Source of the DNA: a virus
Taxonomy: Duplodnaviria > Caudoviricetes
Strand: one strand, 5' to 3'
Virus record (IMG/VR): IMGVR_UViG_3300012912_000001
Location: 1-58,892 of that record
Length of the DNA stretch: 58,892 bases
The notes under the pieces are model-generated. The model was not told the origin of the DNA and searched no databases. It saw only the letters and a list, made by a program, of their open reading frames with translations. Both the position numbers and the translations under genes were made by a program. Shown piece after piece: positions 26,201 through 35,447 of the stretch; position 1 is the stretch's first letter, and every line of letters begins with the position of its first letter.

Positions 26201-28976
26201 TCATCTCGATGGCTGGGGTGCTCTCGTCGGACCACGATGGCAAGCTGTCGACGGGCTCGACGTGGAGCTTCTTTCCGATGAACTGGCTCGGCCGCAGGAC
26301 GAAAACGTGCTCGCGCGGGTTCAGCCCATCGCTTCCGCCGACTTCCGCGGCCTCGGGGACCTGGGTTATCGGGCGAGGCTCGGAGGCGAACTGCTTTTTG
26401 GGTCCGAATTCGATGTTGAAGCCATCCGGGATGGCAGTCGCCTCCGGCGCGGCATCCGGCATGCTCAGCGCGAGCCGAATTGTCTTGGGGCCGGAGGCAG
26501 ACGCCTCTTCGATGCCGGTTACCGTGAACTTCCCGCCGCGTCCGAGAAGAAGCTCGCGCTCCTTCGGGAACTCACTTGGAATGGCGAGCGTCGGGTAGCC
26601 TTCAGGTACGGAGATGTCGAGCTTGATGCCGTTGCTCTGCTCACCGAGGAGCCAGCTGGCGTAGTCGCGGGCTATCTGGTCATCGTATGACGTGGAGACG
26701 AAGCCGGGGTCGACGAAGGAGTCGCCGACTTTCAGATTACCGACGGCCTTGACGGCCGCGGGGTCATGGATTCCTCTGGCCAAGACCATCGGGCGCGGCG
26801 CGGGGGAGCGCGCGAGAGCGTTGTCGAGAGTGACCGCCAAGTCGCGGATGTCGGCGTCTACGGCCTTGAGCGACGCGCCTCCGATGTTGCCGTGAGCGCG
26901 GCGCAGTGCACCGTTGATTCGGGCGTACAACCCGTTGTTGCTATACGACTTGGCGACATCTTGTTCTGCAGGGGAGAGAGACCGCCGAGCTCGCTCGGCC
27001 AGCTCGAGAAACTCGTCCTCTGTGACTCTGCCGCCGCCGGTTGACGAGGGTGGGCCCGAAGAGGGGGCAGAGGGGGCGGCCTCCCCGTTCATGATGGCGG
27101 TCCGACGCTCGCTGATGCGATCCCGGAGCTCGCCTAGGCTCTTCTGCTCCGGCGCATCGGCCGGGTGTGCCTCCATCGCGTTCTCGATGTCGGCGCTCAA
27201 CCTGCCGAGGTCGTCCTCGGACATCCCGCTGATGTCCATGGCGTGGTCGAACTTGGGAGCCGGCGGGGGCTCGACAATCTTCGCCGCCTCGGCTTGGTCC
27301 CAGATGTCGCTGAGCTTGGGGTTCTGCTTGGCCGCGGCGGCCCGCTTGCCGTACGTGTCGCCGAGCTCGAGAGGCGGCGACTCGTGGGCGGGAGGCGTCT
27401 CGACCTTCGGCGTAGCCCGGCGAGCCTTGGGGCCGGCGACTCCGGTCGCGTCGAGCGAGCTCGGCGTGACCCGTCCGCCGCCCAGCGCCGAGAGGTCGGG
27501 CTCTGCAGCGACCGCCGCACGGGCCAGCTCCTCCGGCGTCTTGATACCTCCGACACCGGGCGCGCTGAACTCCCCGACTGGAACACCTTGACGCGTCCCC
27601 ATGCCGCCGCCGAGAGCTGCTTCGAAGTCAGCGAGCGACTGTGGGTCGTCGAGGGCCCCGCCGCCTGCGGCGAGCCAGTCCCCAGATTTGCCGAGGCGAT
27701 TCTCGAGGCCCGCGACCGCTTCTTCCGTCCGGCCTACCCCGCCGCCCCCCGACATCGACTTCTGCGCTTGGTTCGCCGCCGCGGCGAGCTTCTCGCGTGC
27801 CTGGTCATCCTCGAGAGCAGCGAGAGCGAGCTCCCTCGGGGACATGAAGCCATCGCCCTGCCCGGCCGGGGAGAATTCGTCGACTGGAACCCCCGCCTTT
27901 CGCAGGCTCAGCTCGGAGCTTGGCGCCATTCCAGCGAGCTCATCCTCGACGGTGATGAGCTTCCCGATGTCGTCGAGTTGGTCGCCGCCATCGGCTATCC
28001 AGGCCTTGAGCTTGGCCTGGCTCGATTCCAGCCGCTGCGTCGCCTCTGCAAGCGCGGCGGTGTCAGCCGTCGTCGAGGCCTGCTCGACGATAACGTCGGG
28101 CGCGACGCCGCCGAACGCGGTGCGCGTGATGTGCTCGTTGCCCGCTGCAACGCCGGCCTTGGCCTCGTTTTCGGCCAGCTGCTGCCTCGCAGCAGCGAGC
28201 ATCTGATCGCCGTCCGCAACGCTGTCCTTGAGCGCGGTCGTTGCTTCCTGCTGGACGACCTTGCCCGCTTCCTTGGAGATTTCGCTCCGAGGGAAGAGAG
28301 ACCGCGCGCGGACCAACGCAGAGCCGGCGAGGGAAAACGTACCGCCAATTGGGGCGGCGAACAGCGCGCCCTTGCCCATGCCGCCAACGAACCCCTCTGC
28401 CGAGAGCGGCTTGTTCTGGAGCGCGGTCTCGCTGAGGTAGGCGCCGCCGCCGTACAGCGCGCCTTCCGCTGCCGCGCCGGCAGTGGCCGCCCCAGCACGC
28501 GCGAGCGCGCCGGCGCCCTCTCCGGCGAGGCCCGATGAGACGGCGTGGCCGAGCTTCGAGATGGCGCCCGCCGGAGTCGACGCGAGCCCCTTGGCAATGA
28601 GCCCGGCTTCGGCGCCAGCGGAGGCGCCGCCGGTGAACAACGCCGGAGCGAGCGAGCCGCCGAAGTTCCCGACGAACGAGGAAACTGGGTTCTCTTCCTT
28701 GTAGCCCTCGACGGCCTCGCGGCCGCCAAGGCCGCTGATAGCGACGTCGCTGAGACCGGCCGTGAGGCCGCTCAGCGCGCCGAGGCCAGTCGCCTTGACG
28801 GCGCCGCCAACGCCGCCGTAGGTCTCCGCGCGGACGTCCTTGTAGGCGCGCTGGGCCTCCTCCTCGGAGCCTTCCGGCGCGAACCCCTGGGATAGATACG
28901 CGGAGAGGTGCTCCTCGGGGACGCCGTAGGTCCTCCCCTCGGGGCTGACGACGTTGATGGTGCGCGGTTCGGGCAT
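23208..28976 (-). CDS. Giant internal virion/DNA ejection-like protein with ADP-ribosyltransferase and kinase-like domains
   Basis: Gly/Ala-rich hydrophobic N-terminus; ART motifs Y..IN..LR, LARG, FVSTS, ERELLL; kinase-like G..GG, FGK, E.LA..IY, DAWLANWD, DN, RIDNG. Confidence 0.8.
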   Translation of the reverse strand: MPEPRTINVVSPEGRTYGVPEEHLSAYLSQGFAPEGSEEEAQRAYKDVRAETYGGVGGAVKATGLGALSGLTAGLSDVAISGLGGREAVEGYKEENPVSSFVGNFGGSLAPALFTGGASAGAEAGLIAKGLASTPAGAISKLGHAVSSGLAGEGAGALARAGAATAGAAAEGALYGGGAYLSETALQNKPLSAEGFVGGMGKGALFAAPIGGTFSLAGSALVRARSLFPRSEISKEAGKVVQQEATTALKDSVADGDQMLAAARQQLAENEAKAGVAAGNEHITRTAFGGVAPDVIVEQASTTADTAALAEATQRLESSQAKLKAWIADGGDQLDDIGKLITVEDELAGMAPSSELSLRKAGVPVDEFSPAGQGDGFMSPRELALAALEDDQAREKLAAAANQAQKSMSGGGGVGRTEEAVAGLENRLGKSGDWLAAGGGALDDPQSLADFEAALGGGMGTRQGVPVGEFSAPGVGGIKTPEELARAAVAAEPDLSALGGGRVTPSSLDATGVAGPKARRATPKVETPPAHESPPLELGDTYGKRAAAAKQNPKLSDIWDQAEAAKIVEPPPAPKFDHAMDISGMSEDDLGRLSADIENAMEAHPADAPEQKSLGELRDRISERRTAIMNGEAAPSAPSSGPPSSTGGGRVTEDEFLELAERARRSLSPAEQDVAKSYSNNGLYARINGALRRAHGNIGGASLKAVDADIRDLAVTLDNALARSPAPRPMVLARGIHDPAAVKAVGNLKVGDSFVDPGFVSTSYDDQIARDYASWLLGEQSNGIKLDISVPEGYPTLAIPSEFPKERELLLGRGGKFTVTGIEEASASGPKTIRLALSMPDAAPEATAIPDGFNIEFGPKKQFASEPRPITQVPEAAEVGGSDGLNPREHVFVLRPSQFIGKKLHVEPVDSLPSWSDESTPAIEMRAVLGDPIPGTSRRSTFGYKFDSGADRFMSAIASDRPVAIQFYPATARPKAELVDADELLRKFGPADVTPVDAAEQPRHAFTPSERAAGGTRGGRWYTDENGTNWFGKSYRGSSDRVEVEHLANRIYREFGVSAPETEVVEQAGKRTMMSRELPGKTSSPQALATANAGDGFVVDAWLANWDAVGTGYDNMLLDADGVVHRIDNGGSLIYRAQGGRKDFAAPVRELETMRNPSQPSGEVFGSLSEKDIDRQLVDFARKYEQLRPTIDRMVDDSGLSAAAKKEVKQGLHERAEWLKAQAPKGAALEPAADLSALAGKAMPESIAAELSTPTAPVAEPDLRALGGRPTQFAADAGPSAKTAAVTTDDDLMALLSGTKSALDEGKSFKSISKPAEEKYVAEKAAKTEAAAEHFRGKANAKNFAASDMGAAEQAANPKRIDLEEALRNAVPNQSPTPDASTGKKGTVTSYEGLSRILGEPDMDALATYEAKTKVSSLMPEDMQRVADDAAIERLLKKRTGKNVDMGPSLERAAKIIGDHEQASADVADLLGANAPRTAVDRASKLRTASQRQADRMAASAARAADDLERTAVDPGIRARVLADGLASRPALPDTTIVEPRGKTPKVRAAFGGPDATVVEPDAEVNMALARDHAQAQARGAKKAAKAAPGGGGVLGAAADAGTALELLGAMGVHTPMLSRIPLIGPVLGAVLKARAVLGILGRKGGSVGRSTEALIAQRMSETQDRINGATQALLSKAGRGARKVSEVSAGPAVTLGYSLFPGGDAKKTKDLAALYHARMDEIARAQQPGAIEHAIGDRYQTADAELQSAIAAQVKRGIDFIASKAPKPVLPPGMLPGDGKWRPSKAALEEWGRYIHAVSDPVSVLEDLAKGHFSREGAQTLQYVYPELFKLAQMMLIKTAPQMQAKLPYARQIAISIMYRIPVHPSMQPQSLAYLAAPAAGASGAQPGAPGQPPPQGAPGLTGPIQLGQQAMTSLDMRANR

Positions 28977-30973
28977 TACTTGGCCGGGGGCTGAATCCTC
29001 GCTCCGACCCGGACCGGGAGCTCGTCGGCTGGCTGCGTCGACTTGATGACCTGATTCGTCATGTTGTCGGACAACAGCTTGGATGCGTACGCCTTCACGG
29101 CGTCGACCTGCGCCGTTTTGGAAATCTGACCGAGGTAGTCAGCGGCCTTCTTGGCCTGCGCCTCGTCTCCGCCGGAGAGCATCGCGCCCCAAGTGTCGAG
29201 GTTCTGTTTGACGCTCGAAGCGATTGGGCTGACGTTCTCTCCGGTGCCGCCCTGGACAAGGCCAGCAACCCGCCCCCCCAATCGCTGGGGCTGGATATCC
29301 GCCCCCGGGCCGAGTGCCTCTTTGAGGGATTCGTCGGTAGGCTTTGGAGGACCAGGGGGGTTAGGGTCCAAATCGTCAATCTTGAACTTGGTGCCGTCGC
29401 GGTTGTAGGCGCCAAGCGTGTCGTTTACGTCGCGGAGCACAGTCTGACGCGCCTGCAGAATTCCGGCGGTCGGATCGCGGTACGTCGTTGGGTCATCGGC
29501 TCCCAGGTACTCGTCGAGTAGCTTGAAGTCGGACTCACTCAACGCCCCGAGGCCTAGCGCATCTTTCCCCTTGGCCTTGGCTGCGCCCCAGAGCTGCTTC
29601 AACCGTTGCCACTCCTCACGAGAGGCGACGTTGTTATTGCTATACCCCGTTCGGACATCGCGCGCTTGGTCGAGGAGCCCGACGATGGTCTTCGCCGCGG
29701 CGACCTTATTGCGAACCTTGTCGATGCCCTCCGCTGAGCCTGTGGCAACGAAAGGCGTGCCGTCATCGTGAGTCACCCCAGGGACGCCGAACTTCTGGTA
29801 GACCTCGGACCCCTTGATGTCGCCCTTCTGCGCGAGGGCCTTGGCCTTGAGGTCGAGCTCTTGTAGGTCCTTGTAGACCTGGTGCTGGAACTGGTCACGG
29901 CCGAGTTGGAGATGACCGGCGGAGATTCCGAGCTGCTTGTTCTGGATGTCGTGGTTCACCGCTCGCTCGACGGCCTGCGCCTTCTTGTCGGCGGAGGACT
30001 GGATGAGCTTTGCGCTCTCGGCTGCTCCATTGGCGCGGATGTTCGCGTCGGCGCTCTTTGCGGAGGCGAGGCCAATGGACGTCGCGAGCTGCTTGTCGAC
30101 CTGACTTTCCTTGAGCAGGAGGTCGCTCTCTTGGTCGCCGAAGAACTTGCGGTTGCGGTCGACGCGCTGGAGCGCGCGCTCGGCCTGTTGTCCGAGTTGG
30201 TTGCGCTCATCTTGCTGGGCGAGAATGTTATCGCGCGCCCTCTGCTGAATCATCTGGATGACCGGGTTGGGCTCGCTGCCCTTGCCCTGGAGCGCGTTGC
30301 CCACGCCGGACAGCGCCATCGCGATGTAGAGCCCGATGTGGTTGCCGAGGCCGAGATTGTTCCAGTACTGGCCCGGGTCGACCTTGTAGTTGTCGAGCCT
30401 CTTCTCCGCGGCGTCGGCCGCTGACTGCATCACGATGGTCGACTTCTTCTTCTCGTCGGCGAGCCTGGCGCGCTCGGTGCCGATGTCGTCCAGCCGCTTC
30501 TGATGGTCAGCCTGAGCCTGAAGAACCTGCTCAGCCTCCCCAAGCTTCGCGTTGACCTGCTGTCCGAGCGCTGACTGCGCCGCGTAGTCAGCGCGATTCT
30601 GCGTGTTGGTCGCGTCGCCCTGCTGCTGTGCGAGCGTTGGCGGCTTCTGTGGCGCACCGCCAGCGCCACCGCGAGCCACGGGCGGCGGCCCTGCAACGGG
30701 GCCGGGCGCAACTATTGGCGCGGGCGCAGTCGGAGCGGGGCCCGGCATCGGCTCTGGGCCACCGAGTGGCGGCGGCGCTCCGGCTAGCGAGCTATCCACC
30801 GGCGGCACCGGAGACGGCATCTGCGCCGGCAGAGGAGCCGGAACTGGAGCTGGCGCCGGCGCGCTAGGCACCGGCATGGGCGGCATGATGCCAACGGGGG
30901 CCCCGACGAGCGAGTCGTCAATGGGCGGCGGCCCCCAACCCATGCCCTGGATGACGGCGTCCGGCAGCGGCAT
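28976..30973 (-). CDS. Internal virion / DNA transfer-like protein
   Basis: Pro-rich N-terminus, Gln/Ala coiled coil, one hydrophobic segment; podoviral gene position. Confidence 0.6.
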   Translation of the reverse strand: MPLPDAVIQGMGWGPPPIDDSLVGAPVGIMPPMPVPSAPAPAPVPAPLPAQMPSPVPPVDSSLAGAPPPLGGPEPMPGPAPTAPAPIVAPGPVAGPPPVARGGAGGAPQKPPTLAQQQGDATNTQNRADYAAQSALGQQVNAKLGEAEQVLQAQADHQKRLDDIGTERARLADEKKKSTIVMQSAADAAEKRLDNYKVDPGQYWNNLGLGNHIGLYIAMALSGVGNALQGKGSEPNPVIQMIQQRARDNILAQQDERNQLGQQAERALQRVDRNRKFFGDQESDLLLKESQVDKQLATSIGLASAKSADANIRANGAAESAKLIQSSADKKAQAVERAVNHDIQNKQLGISAGHLQLGRDQFQHQVYKDLQELDLKAKALAQKGDIKGSEVYQKFGVPGVTHDDGTPFVATGSAEGIDKVRNKVAAAKTIVGLLDQARDVRTGYSNNNVASREEWQRLKQLWGAAKAKGKDALGLGALSESDFKLLDEYLGADDPTTYRDPTAGILQARQTVLRDVNDTLGAYNRDGTKFKIDDLDPNPPGPPKPTDESLKEALGPGADIQPQRLGGRVAGLVQGGTGENVSPIASSVKQNLDTWGAMLSGGDEAQAKKAADYLGQISKTAQVDAVKAYASKLLSDNMTNQVIKSTQPADELPVRVGARIQPPAK

Positions 30974-30975
30974 GG

Positions 30976-32055
30976 TCAGTCTCCACCCTCCAGCTTACGG
31001 AGGCGCTCGTTGAGCCTGGCGCTCGACGCGAGCAGGGCACCGAGCGACTTGTTGACGTCGAGCATCTTGTTGCCCTCGTCGGATTCGAACACGATGTCCT
31101 TACCGGCGCGGGTTCTCTCCATGTCCTGAGCGATGATGCCGCTGAATCGGCCCCTGCCGAACTTCTCGTCCTTGTACTTCCAGTTGACCGGGCGCAGACC
31201 ATCTAGAAGCTCATCGATGTCCGCGCGCGCGTCGGTGATGTCGTCCTTGAGTCGCTCGTCGGAGGCCATCGCCGCTGCCGGCGCGGCCGCCCCTGCGGCT
31301 CCACCGGCGCCGCCCGCTGCTCCGCCAGCCATGCCGGGGTTGCTGGCCATGGCCCCGCCGATTCCGCCGAAGGTGCTCATGATTCCGCCGAGGACGCCGC
31401 CACCGCTGTTCTTTTGGGTGGCGTACTGCTGCATCTGGGCAGCAAGCAGGTTCGCATCCATGCCGGTCAGCTGGGCGAGATATTGAAGCCTCGCTTGGTC
31501 GTTCATGCCGGTCTGGCGCAGCTGAGCGTCAATGTTCGCGAGCCGCGCTTGCTGCTCCATCTGGGCCATGGCCTGGTCGCCGGAGCGTCCTTGGCCGAGC
31601 GCGCCCGCGAGCTGAGCGTTCGCGGCCTGCTGATCCTGGAGCGCAGCCTGCTGAGCCTGGCCGGCTGCCGCGCCGCCGATGTTGACCATGTTGCGAGCGG
31701 CCGCGAGCCCCGCGCCCGGAGCCGCGCCGCCGCGCTGCATGTTCGCCATCCCCACTTGCTGGGCCGTCGCAGCCTGAGCGGCGCGGCGCGCAGCGAGCTC
31801 GCCCGCACCTTGCTGCTGCCCCGAGGCGATGCCCTGGAGCTGCTGAGCCTGGCCCATCTGCATGGCGCGCCACTGGTCCTGAGGTCCAGTGGTGGGCCCG
31901 GCGGCCTGCGGCGCCGCCCGGTTCTGCGTGTTGGCCAGGCCCTGCGTGATGGTGTCCTCGATTTGGCCCTGGTGCCCATACTTGACGTCGGGCGCCTTGG
32001 CCGTGTTGCCGCCGAGCCAGTCGACGCCCCATGAGGTTGGATCATACCAAGACAT
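30976..32055 (-). CDS. Internal virion / pilot-like protein with C-terminal peptidase S74 chaperone domain
   Basis: Q/A/G-rich body; SDERLKDDI...LRPVNWKYK...GIIAQD. Confidence 0.75.
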   Translation of the reverse strand: MSWYDPTSWGVDWLGGNTAKAPDVKYGHQGQIEDTITQGLANTQNRAAPQAAGPTTGPQDQWRAMQMGQAQQLQGIASGQQQGAGELAARRAAQAATAQQVGMANMQRGGAAPGAGLAAARNMVNIGGAAAGQAQQAALQDQQAANAQLAGALGQGRSGDQAMAQMEQQARLANIDAQLRQTGMNDQARLQYLAQLTGMDANLLAAQMQQYATQKNSGGGVLGGIMSTFGGIGGAMASNPGMAGGAAGGAGGAAGAAAPAAAMASDERLKDDITDARADIDELLDGLRPVNWKYKDEKFGRGRFSGIIAQDMERTRAGKDIVFESDEGNKMLDVNKSLGALLASSARLNERLRKLEGGD

Positions 32056-35000
32056 CAGCTGCTCCTTGTGGCTCCGAGCTTGAACAACGGACCCTTCATA
32101 CCACCGGTGAGGACCAATTCGGAGAGCTCAAATGAGGCCCCGTAGTCGTCGGTGGCCTCGATGTCCTCCACCCTGAACTGGATGGCCTGACACGGCTTCC
32201 CGATGTGGATACGGTGCTGGTACACCGACGAGCCGCTCGCTCCGTACGGACCATCGCCATACGGACCATCGCCGTACGGGGTGATGGTGTAGTTCGAGTT
32301 CACGTCGAGATCGAACGGCGCCGACCACTGCCGCTCGTAGTCGAGCCGGTAGCGGACGCGCAGCGTGTGGCGAGAGCGCCAGGCGCCAAGAAACTGCGCG
32401 TACCAGATGCGCTGCCAGCCCTGGAGGTAGCCGGCCATCTTGAGCCACGCGAGCTCAAGCACCATCGAGATGTGCGAGTTGTCGTCGCGGTACGCGTTCG
32501 GGGTCTCCTGAAACACGCGGCCGTCGATGCGCAGGTAGTGGTAGAGGTCGTTGACGATGAGCGCGTCGAGCCCGGCGTGGTTCGTGTACCGGGACCACTG
32601 GTTGCGCTGGTAGTCCCACATCAGCGTAGAGCCTTCCGACGTGAGAAACATGATGCGTTGGGCCTTGGGGACGAGCGTCGCTGCCGTGACGTCTTGCTCG
32701 TCGAAGTTCGTCACCTCGGCGCCGATATCGATGACCTTTCGGTCGCGTCCGAGGAGCCTGATGCCCTTCTTCGACTTGAAGACGATACCGACCGGCGTGG
32801 CTGCGATGGAGCGCGGCTCGATGCAACCGACATCGCTCGTCACGAGGTCGCCTGGCGTGAACGCGAACGTTTCAGCGCTCACCGCGGGGTTCGCCAGTGG
32901 GCCGGGACCACCGACGACGAACACCGCGGTCTCCCGGAACGGGTAGACCGCGCCGTCCATGATTCCGATGGACGAAATGGCGCCACCTGCGGGGTCGAGG
33001 CGCTGCTTGAGGAGCTCGGCGAAGTCGACGGCGAACCCCTCTTGAATCTGCTGCGTGTACCGCAGCATCGTCGGGTCGGCGGGGTCCGTGAAGAACAGAC
33101 GCCCCTTGCCGACCGCGAGGACATCGCCAGCCATCGGCGCCGGGTCGTTCGAGAGGATGCCGCCTTCGGTGTACGTCGGGTTTCGCGAGAGGAGCGAGAC
33201 GTCGCCGAGGCGGTCGATGATGGACCACGTATCGACGGTCGGGTCGTTCAAGATGAACCCATTGACGCCGCCGGCGGTCGTGACATCACGCGAGGTGACC
33301 TCGAAGAACTCCGACGTGTCGTTGACCGGGGAGCGCGCAACGCAAACGCGCACGCGCGACCGACTCGTGATGCGATACATCGGACCAACGAGCGTGACCT
33401 GGTTCTGCCCGCCGGTCAGCGTCACCGCGGTGCCTACGCTCAACGGACCGCGATGCACCTCGCCCTGTGCGTCGGTTTCCTCGTACCAGATGCGATAGGT
33501 GTACACGCCGACGGTGAGCGCGCCGGTGCCCACCGCTGGCGTACCCGTGATAGTGCCGTCGGGCGCGTAGTGGAAGCCGGCCTCTGCCCAGCGGTTGCCG
33601 TCGTAGTGGAGGGGGCATGCGCCGGCGAGGTAGAGACCGGCGCCGAGCTGCTCGCTCTGCCACGCGTTGGCGTCGCTGAAATCGTTGGTCACCCAGCGCA
33701 TGCCGGTCTCGGAGAACTGCCCGGCGAGCGCCTTGAGTTGCTCGTTGTAGAGCAGCGGCGTTCGCCAGCGTCGCGCGTCCGTCGGGTCGACGCTCACCGA
33801 GGAGCGCCACGTGCCGGACCCGTTCACCTGCGTCCCGTGCGCGATGGTCGGCATCGAGCGGGCGACCGCAGCGCCGTCGGCGATGCGGATGAGCAAGTAG
33901 ATGCTGAAGAACGGGACATCGTGCGTCGCCCACACGTACGCGACGCCGTTGTCGACGAACGCGTTCGAGGCGAGCGACAGCCCTCGCAGAGGCCACGGAG
34001 ACGTCAGCAGCGTCGGCCCGATGAGCGAGTCGTAGTAGAAGGCACGGATGCGCGTGTCGCGCTCTGACGCCGCGCCTGAGGTGTCGTCGAGTAGCACGTA
34101 CAGCCGGTTCCCGGCCCATGCGAGCGTGTGCGACCGCGGCGTGCTCGCGGCGAACACCACGCTCGTGCTGTTCAAGAGCTGAACTGTGAGCGTCGGATCA
34201 AATACGGCGACGCTCGTCGTGGACGTCCCAGGGTTGGACGCCACCGCGGCAACTCCAAGTGAACTCCAAGCGACGCCCATGCTCGACGTCGCCGCTGGCG
34301 CGAATGCATGAGTGACCGCCGGCGGCAGGCTCGTGCCCCCCGAGCCAATCACGCCGGACGCGTCGACGTAACCGACGCGCACCGAGCTCGTCGACGTAGG
34401 CCAAGCGATGGCCGCCGGCGCGGCCGGAGTCGGACCGCCAAGCACCACGTCGAGGTTCGTCGGGCAGACGTCGTATCCGATGGCCGCCGTCGAGAGGTCG
34501 GAGACGAGAATGGCGGGCGCGACCGCGAGCGTCGGATTGAAGGTGTCGACCACCGCGACCCAGATGCGCGAGAGCGAGTGGTCCGCGTAGTAGATGTGAA
34601 CCGTACCGGTGCCGACCGATACCACCCGAGGCTCGGTGCCAACGGCGGCGAGTTGCGCGGGCGCGCGGAGCAGCCGCTTCGTGCTCTCCTCGAGCACGGA
34701 CCACCAGATACCGCCGCGCGAGTCGACCCACGCCACCGCCGTGACGTTGTTGTTCGTGGCCGCGTCGCCCTGGCTCTGTTCGGTGGAGGTCTTCGCGAGC
34801 GGGTACTCGCGGCTCGTGATGCTGACCGGATTGCCGGTGAGCGCCATCGTGTCCGAGCCCGGGCGGTAGCTGTACGTGCCGGCCGACGTGTAGACGAGGA
34901 GCTCGTTGTCACGCCGTCCGAGGCCGAGCGCGCCGGAGTAGGTAGCGCCGCCGGCTTCGATTTGCTGGCCGAGCGCGCGGTACCCGGTCCGCTTCTGCAG

Positions 35001-35129
35001 CGTCGTGTCCTTGGTGAACACGGCGTTTTGCAAGTCCACGAGCTTAGTTGCAGGAACCTGCTTGGGGTCTTGGTCGGTCGTAAGTCCGCCTGCGAACTGG
35101 ACTGTTACCGTGGCCTCGCGGAGCGCCAT
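32055..35129 (-). CDS. Tail tubular B / packaged-DNA stabilization-like protein
   Basis: About 1020 aa, beta-propeller-like; F.GGL..., L.N......L.KR.G N-terminus; GC...SI motif. Confidence 0.7.
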   Translation of the reverse strand: MALREATVTVQFAGGLTTDQDPKQVPATKLVDLQNAVFTKDTTLQKRTGYRALGQQIEAGGATYSGALGLGRRDNELLVYTSAGTYSYRPGSDTMALTGNPVSITSREYPLAKTSTEQSQGDAATNNNVTAVAWVDSRGGIWWSVLEESTKRLLRAPAQLAAVGTEPRVVSVGTGTVHIYYADHSLSRIWVAVVDTFNPTLAVAPAILVSDLSTAAIGYDVCPTNLDVVLGGPTPAAPAAIAWPTSTSSVRVGYVDASGVIGSGGTSLPPAVTHAFAPAATSSMGVAWSSLGVAAVASNPGTSTTSVAVFDPTLTVQLLNSTSVVFAASTPRSHTLAWAGNRLYVLLDDTSGAASERDTRIRAFYYDSLIGPTLLTSPWPLRGLSLASNAFVDNGVAYVWATHDVPFFSIYLLIRIADGAAVARSMPTIAHGTQVNGSGTWRSSVSVDPTDARRWRTPLLYNEQLKALAGQFSETGMRWVTNDFSDANAWQSEQLGAGLYLAGACPLHYDGNRWAEAGFHYAPDGTITGTPAVGTGALTVGVYTYRIWYEETDAQGEVHRGPLSVGTAVTLTGGQNQVTLVGPMYRITSRSRVRVCVARSPVNDTSEFFEVTSRDVTTAGGVNGFILNDPTVDTWSIIDRLGDVSLLSRNPTYTEGGILSNDPAPMAGDVLAVGKGRLFFTDPADPTMLRYTQQIQEGFAVDFAELLKQRLDPAGGAISSIGIMDGAVYPFRETAVFVVGGPGPLANPAVSAETFAFTPGDLVTSDVGCIEPRSIAATPVGIVFKSKKGIRLLGRDRKVIDIGAEVTNFDEQDVTAATLVPKAQRIMFLTSEGSTLMWDYQRNQWSRYTNHAGLDALIVNDLYHYLRIDGRVFQETPNAYRDDNSHISMVLELAWLKMAGYLQGWQRIWYAQFLGAWRSRHTLRVRYRLDYERQWSAPFDLDVNSNYTITPYGDGPYGDGPYGASGSSVYQHRIHIGKPCQAIQFRVEDIEATDDYGASFELSELVLTGGMKGPLFKLGATRSS

Positions 35130-35141
35130 CAGCCCGTCCCC

Positions 35142-35170
35142 TTGCGCGCGCAGTTGACGCTGTCTACACT
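35142..35170 (+). promoter_or_regulatory. Promoter/operator for the antisense lipoprotein gene
   Basis: TTGCGC-N17-TACACT; GTTGAC-GCT-GTCTAC at 35153-35167; ATG 6 nt after the -10. Confidence 0.65.
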
Positions 35171-35176
35171 GACCAC

Positions 35177-35446
35177 ATGAAGGCGATTGCGGTTGCGACA
35201 CTCATTCTTGCTGGATGTTACGACCACCCCCCCACCACCTATGACCCGATCGTTTTTGGTCATGCACCCGACGCCGATCTGACGCCGACGCGCAGGACGT
35301 GCGGAGAGCTCCCGCAGCGCCCGGCCTGGACGGTAAGCATCAACGTTGCCACCGCATTGGCGTCCGTCGACGAGGCAGAGATGTTCGCTCACCTCCAGTG
35401 GACTGAGGAGATTGAGGCCTGGTCCGCGTGCATGGCCGCGCGCTGA
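35177..35446 (+). CDS. Small lipoprotein (moron-like)
   Basis: MKAIAVATLILAG-C lipobox; fills the gap between two tail genes on the opposite strand. Confidence 0.75.
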   Translation: MKAIAVATLILAGCYDHPPTTYDPIVFGHAPDADLTPTRRTCGELPQRPAWTVSINVATALASVDEAEMFAHLQWTEEIEAWSACMAAR

Positions 35447-35447
35447 C

